Shown piece after piece: positions 7,750 to 10,980 of a DNA stretch of 10,980 nt (its first letter is position 1; every line of letters starts with the position of its first letter). A program made the position numbers and the translations under genes. The notes under the pieces are model-generated. The model saw only the letters and a program-made list of their open reading frames with translations. It did not search any database and was not told the origin of the DNA. The stretch comes from a virus. The stretch is taken from UHGV virus genome UHGV-1780293; one strand, written 5' to 3'.

Positions 7750-9522
7750 ATGACCATCACCACAGACACCACTCTTTTACACGACCCGCGTCGTCAGGCG
7801 GCGCTGCTGTACTGGCAGGGATTTTCCGTGCCGCAGATTGCCGCCATGTTGCAGATGAAACGCCCGACGGTGCAGAGCTGGAAACAGCGCGACGGCTGGG
7901 ACAGCGTTGCCCCCATCAGCCGTGTCGAAATGAGTCTGGAAGCGCGGCTGACCCAGCTCATCATCAAACCGCAGAAAACCGGCGGTGACTTCAAGGAAAT
8001 TGACCTGCTCGGACGCCAGATTGAACGACTGGCACGGGTAAACCGCTACAGCCAGACCGGCAACGAGGCAGACCTTAATCCGAACGTCGCTAACCGCAAC
8101 AAAGGCGGGCGTCGCAAACCGAAAAAGAATTTTTTCAGTGACGAGGCCATCGAAAAGCTGGAGCAGATTTTCTTTGAGCAGTCTTTCGATTATCAGTTGC
8201 ACTGGTATCGCGCCGGGCTTGAGCACCGCATCCGCGATATCCTGAAATCCCGCCAGATTGGCGCGACGTTTTATTTTTCCCGCGAGGCGCTGCTGCGCGC
8301 CCTGAAAACCGGCCATAACCAGATTTTTCTGTCGGCCAGTAAAACGCAGGCGTATGTGTTCCGTGAATACATCATCGCCTTTGCCCGGCTGGTTGACGTT
8401 GACCTGACCGGTGACCCGATTGTCCTGGGCAATAACGGCGCAAAACTGATTTTTCTCGGCACCAACTCCAACACCGCGCAGAGCCATAACGGCGACCTGT
8501 ACGTCGACGAGATTTTCTGGATCCCGAATTTTCAGGTACTGCGTAAGGTGGCATCAGGTATGGCCTCACAGAGTCACCTGCGATCGACCTATTTCTCCAC
8601 CCCGTCCACGCTGGCGCACGACGCCTACCCGTTCTGGTCGGGTGAACTGTTCAACCGGGGACGCGCCAGCGCCGCCGAACGCGTGGAAATCGACGTCAGT
8701 CATAACGCCCTTGCCGGTGGGCTTCTCTGTGCGGACGGCCAGTGGCGACAGATTGTCACCATTGAGGACGCCCTGAAAGGTGGCTGCACGCTGTTCGACA
8801 TTGAGCAGCTCAAACGCGAAAACAGCGCCGACGATTTTAAAAACCTGTTCATGTGTGAATTTGTTGACGACAAGGCGTCGGTGTTCCCGTTCGAGGAGCT
8901 GCAACGCTGCATGGTCGACACGCTGGAAGAATGGGAAGACTATGCACCCTTTGCCGCCAATCCGTTCGGCTCCCGCCCGGTATGGATTGGTTACGACCCG
9001 TCACACCGTGGCGACAGCGCCGGATGCGTGGTACTGGCACCGCCGGTGGTGGCCGGTGGCAAATTCAGAATACTTGAGCGTCACCAGTGGAAAGGCATGG
9101 ACTTTGCCACCCAGGCGGAATCCATCCGCAAACTCACCGAAAAATATAACGTTGAATACATCGGGATTGATGCCACCGGCCTCGGTGTCGGCGTGTTCCA
9201 GCTCGTGCGCTCGTTCTATCCCGCCGCGCGCGATATCCGCTACACGCCGGAAATGAAAACCGCAATGGTGCTCAAGGCAAAAGACGTTATCCGCCGTGGC
9301 TGTCTGGAATATGACGTCAGCGCCACCGACATCACCAGCTCGTTTATGGCTATCCGCAAGACCATGACCAGCAGCGGACGCAGCGCCACCTATGAGGCCA
9401 GCCGCAGCGAGGAAGCCAGCCACGCCGACCTCGCCTGGGCGACCATGCACGCTCTGTTAAATGAGCCACTCACCGCCGGTATCAGCACCCCGCTGACATC
9501 CACCATTCTGGAGTTTTACTGA
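7750..9522 (+). CDS. P: Terminase large (ATPase) subunit
   Basis: ATG at 7750 preceded by GAGG 8 nt upstream; 590 aa (MTITTDTTLLHDPRRQAALLYWQGFSVPQIAAMLQ...), which I recognise as P2 gpP. The track's TTG start at 7720 is rejected. The stop overlaps the Q start (TGATG). Confidence 0.93.
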   Translation: MTITTDTTLLHDPRRQAALLYWQGFSVPQIAAMLQMKRPTVQSWKQRDGWDSVAPISRVEMSLEARLTQLIIKPQKTGGDFKEIDLLGRQIERLARVNRYSQTGNEADLNPNVANRNKGGRRKPKKNFFSDEAIEKLEQIFFEQSFDYQLHWYRAGLEHRIRDILKSRQIGATFYFSREALLRALKTGHNQIFLSASKTQAYVFREYIIAFARLVDVDLTGDPIVLGNNGAKLIFLGTNSNTAQSHNGDLYVDEIFWIPNFQVLRKVASGMASQSHLRSTYFSTPSTLAHDAYPFWSGELFNRGRASAAERVEIDVSHNALAGGLLCADGQWRQIVTIEDALKGGCTLFDIEQLKRENSADDFKNLFMCEFVDDKASVFPFEELQRCMVDTLEEWEDYAPFAANPFGSRPVWIGYDPSHRGDSAGCVVLAPPVVAGGKFRILERHQWKGMDFATQAESIRKLTEKYNVEYIGIDATGLGVGVFQLVRSFYPAARDIRYTPEMKTAMVLKAKDVIRRGCLEYDVSATDITSSFMAIRKTMTSSGRSATYEASRSEEASHADLAWATMHALLNEPLTAGISTPLTSTILEFY

Positions 9523-10556
9523 TGAGCAAGAAAAAAGGGAAAACACCGCAACCTGCGGCAAAAAAAATGACCGCCAGCGCCCCGAAAATGGAGGCATTCA
9601 CCTTTGGTGAGCCGGTGCCGGTACTCGACCGCCGTGACATTCTGGATTACGTCGAGTGCATCAGTAACGGCAGATGGTATGAGCCGCCGGTCAGCTTTAC
9701 CGGTCTGGCGAAAAGCCTGCGTGCTGCCGTGCATCACAGCTCGCCGATTTACGTCAAACGCAATATTCTGGCCTCGACATTTATCCCGCATCCGTGGCTT
9801 TCCCAGCAGGATTTCAGCCGCTTTGTGCTGGATTTTCTGGTGTTCGGTAATGCGTTTCTGGAAAAGCGTTACAGCACCACCGGTAAGGTCATCAGACTGG
9901 AAACCTCACCGGCAAAATATACCCGCCGGGGGGTGGAAGAGGATGTTTACTGGTGGGTGCCGTCCTTCAACGAACCGACAGCCTTCGCGCCCGGCTCCGT
10001 GTTTCACCTGCTGGAGCCGGATATTAATCAGGAGTTGTACGGCCTGCCGGAATATCTCAGCGCCCTTAACTCTGCCTGGCTGAATGAGTCGGCCACGCTG
10101 TTCCGCCGCAAGTATTACGAAAACGGCGCACATGCCGGATACATCATGTACGTCACTGATGCCGTGCAGGATCGCAACGATATCGAAATGCTCCGCGAAA
10201 ACATGGTGAAGTCGAAAGGCCGCAACAACTTTAAAAACCTGTTTCTCTATGCCCCGCAGGGGAAAGCTGACGGCATTAAAATTATCCCCCTCAGTGAAGT
10301 CGCAACGAAGGACGATTTTTTTAATATCAAAAAAGCCAGCGCCGCTGACCTACTGGACGCGCACCGCATCCCCTTTCAGTTGATGGGCGGCAAGCCGGAG
10401 AACGTCGGGTCGCTGGGTGATATAGAGAAAGTGGCAAAGGTCTTTGTCCGCAATGAGCTTATCCCGTTACAGGACAGGATCCGCGAGATAAACGGCTGGC
10501 TCGGTCAGGAGGTCATCCGCTTTAAAAACTACTCACTGGACACTGACAACGGCTGA
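9522..10556 (+). CDS. Q: Portal protein
   Basis: 344-aa ORF (MSKKKGKTPQPAAKKMTASAPKMEAFTFGEPVPVLDRRD...), which I recognise as P2 gpQ. It is the last gene before cos, as in P2. Confidence 0.93.
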   Translation: MSKKKGKTPQPAAKKMTASAPKMEAFTFGEPVPVLDRRDILDYVECISNGRWYEPPVSFTGLAKSLRAAVHHSSPIYVKRNILASTFIPHPWLSQQDFSRFVLDFLVFGNAFLEKRYSTTGKVIRLETSPAKYTRRGVEEDVYWWVPSFNEPTAFAPGSVFHLLEPDINQELYGLPEYLSALNSAWLNESATLFRRKYYENGAHAGYIMYVTDAVQDRNDIEMLRENMVKSKGRNNFKNLFLYAPQGKADGIKIIPLSEVATKDDFFNIKKASAADLLDAHRIPFQLMGGKPENVGSLGDIEKVAKVFVRNELIPLQDRIREINGWLGQEVIRFKNYSLDTDNG

Positions 10557-10561
10557 ACATC

Positions 10562-10583
10562 GCCGCCTGCGGGCGGCTTTTTT
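10562..10583 (+). terminator. Rho-independent terminator of the P-Q operon
   Basis: GCCGCC-tgcg-GGCGGC stem-loop followed directly by TTTTTT, 6 nt after the Q stop codon. Confidence 0.75.
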
Positions 10584-10725
10584 ACACCCCGTCATCACGC
10601 CCTCACACGCTCATCACCGCACAAAAAATCCCGCAGACACACCAACGCCCCAGCAGGCCAAGTAAACGCCTTCACGACGCGCTCAGACGCTGAAAAAATA
10701 AAATCAGCACCACCGCCAGCGCGCA

Positions 10726-10744
10726 GTGCTTTCCCCGCCTCGCC
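10726..10744. other. cos: cos site: 19-nt cohesive-end sequence of P2 type
   Basis: Plus strand GTGCTTTCCCCGCCTCGCC, the reverse complement of GGCGAGGCGGGGAAAGCAC, which I recall as the P2 19-nt 5' overhang. Its position about 170 nt beyond the Q stop agrees with P2 organisation. Confidence 0.8.
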
Positions 10745-10879
10745 CGCCCGCTTCATGAGTCGGTTTTAATGCAGTTGCATAGATACTATGGATCCGCACC
10801 AGCTCTGACCGCAAGCAGCTGGAACGGGCATCCCCGACGCATGCAAAAACATTCACTTGTTGCATGCACGGCTTATTTA

Positions 10880-10980
10880 ATGACAAATCAACCTAAGCGT
10901 CACCGCAGTTCCCACAAAAAACGTAACACCATGATTTTAGTGATATTTATGACTTTTTTAATTGCTTATTTAAGTCCGAC
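10880..10980 (+). CDS. Possible 5' end of an AT-rich cargo ORF running off the right edge (alternative start at 10931); could instead be AT-rich regulatory DNA
   Basis: The only reading frame with no stop across the AT-rich terminal segment; the other two plus frames and all three minus frames contain stops here. Translation from 10880 is MTNQPKRHRSSHKKRNTMILVIFMTFLIAYLSP, a basic stretch followed by a hydrophobic run. No convincing Shine-Dalgarno precedes either ATG. Confidence 0.2.
   Translation, partial: MTNQPKRHRSSHKKRNTMILVIFMTFLIAYLSP

Noticed and set aside
7777-8487. 236-aa minus-strand ORF antisense to the large terminase gene P
   Set aside because: Shadow ORF inside a confidently assigned 590-aa gene; no independent support.
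10704-10886. 60-aa minus-strand ORF spanning the cos site
   Set aside because: It sits across the cos site and most of it lies in GC-rich non-coding DNA. It has no ribosome-binding site and a low-complexity product.
10880-10980. Calling the edge ORF the start of P2 old
   Set aside because: The position is right for old, but the visible N-terminus (basic then hydrophobic) does not resemble the start of an OLD-family ATPase, and I cannot recall the P2 Old N-terminal sequence reliably. The ORF is left unassigned.
1-10980. CRISPR arrays, tRNA or rRNA genes, IS elements or integrase/att sites
   Set aside because: I saw no regularly spaced direct repeats, no cloverleaf-like conserved tRNA motifs, and no transposase or integrase-like ORFs. 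The whole window is accounted for by phage late genes plus the cos region.

Overview
This window is almost entirely the late (morphogenesis and lysis) module of a P2-like temperate phage, most likely a prophage in an enterobacterial host, and I see no novel system inside the window itself. Reading right to left on the minus strand, the genes are O (scaffold), N (major capsid), M (small terminase), L, X, Y (holin), K (endolysin), lysA, lysB with nested lysC, R, S, V, W and the 5' part of J. The divergent operon on the plus strand is P (large terminase) then Q (portal), followed by an intrinsic terminator and an exact P2-type 19-nt cos site at 10726..10744. All identifications rest on my recognition of the translated ORFs and their P2 gene order and lengths; no database search was run. 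Gene symbols are P2 nomenclature. The structural block is compact, with gaps of 173 nt or less and many overlapping stop/start codons, so there is no room in it for an inserted cargo system. The only place a novel system could sit is beyond cos: the last ~130 nt turn abruptly AT-rich, which is where P2 carries old/tin and where P2-like prophages keep variable defence cargo. Only ~235 nt of that region is in the window, so its content cannot be determined from here.
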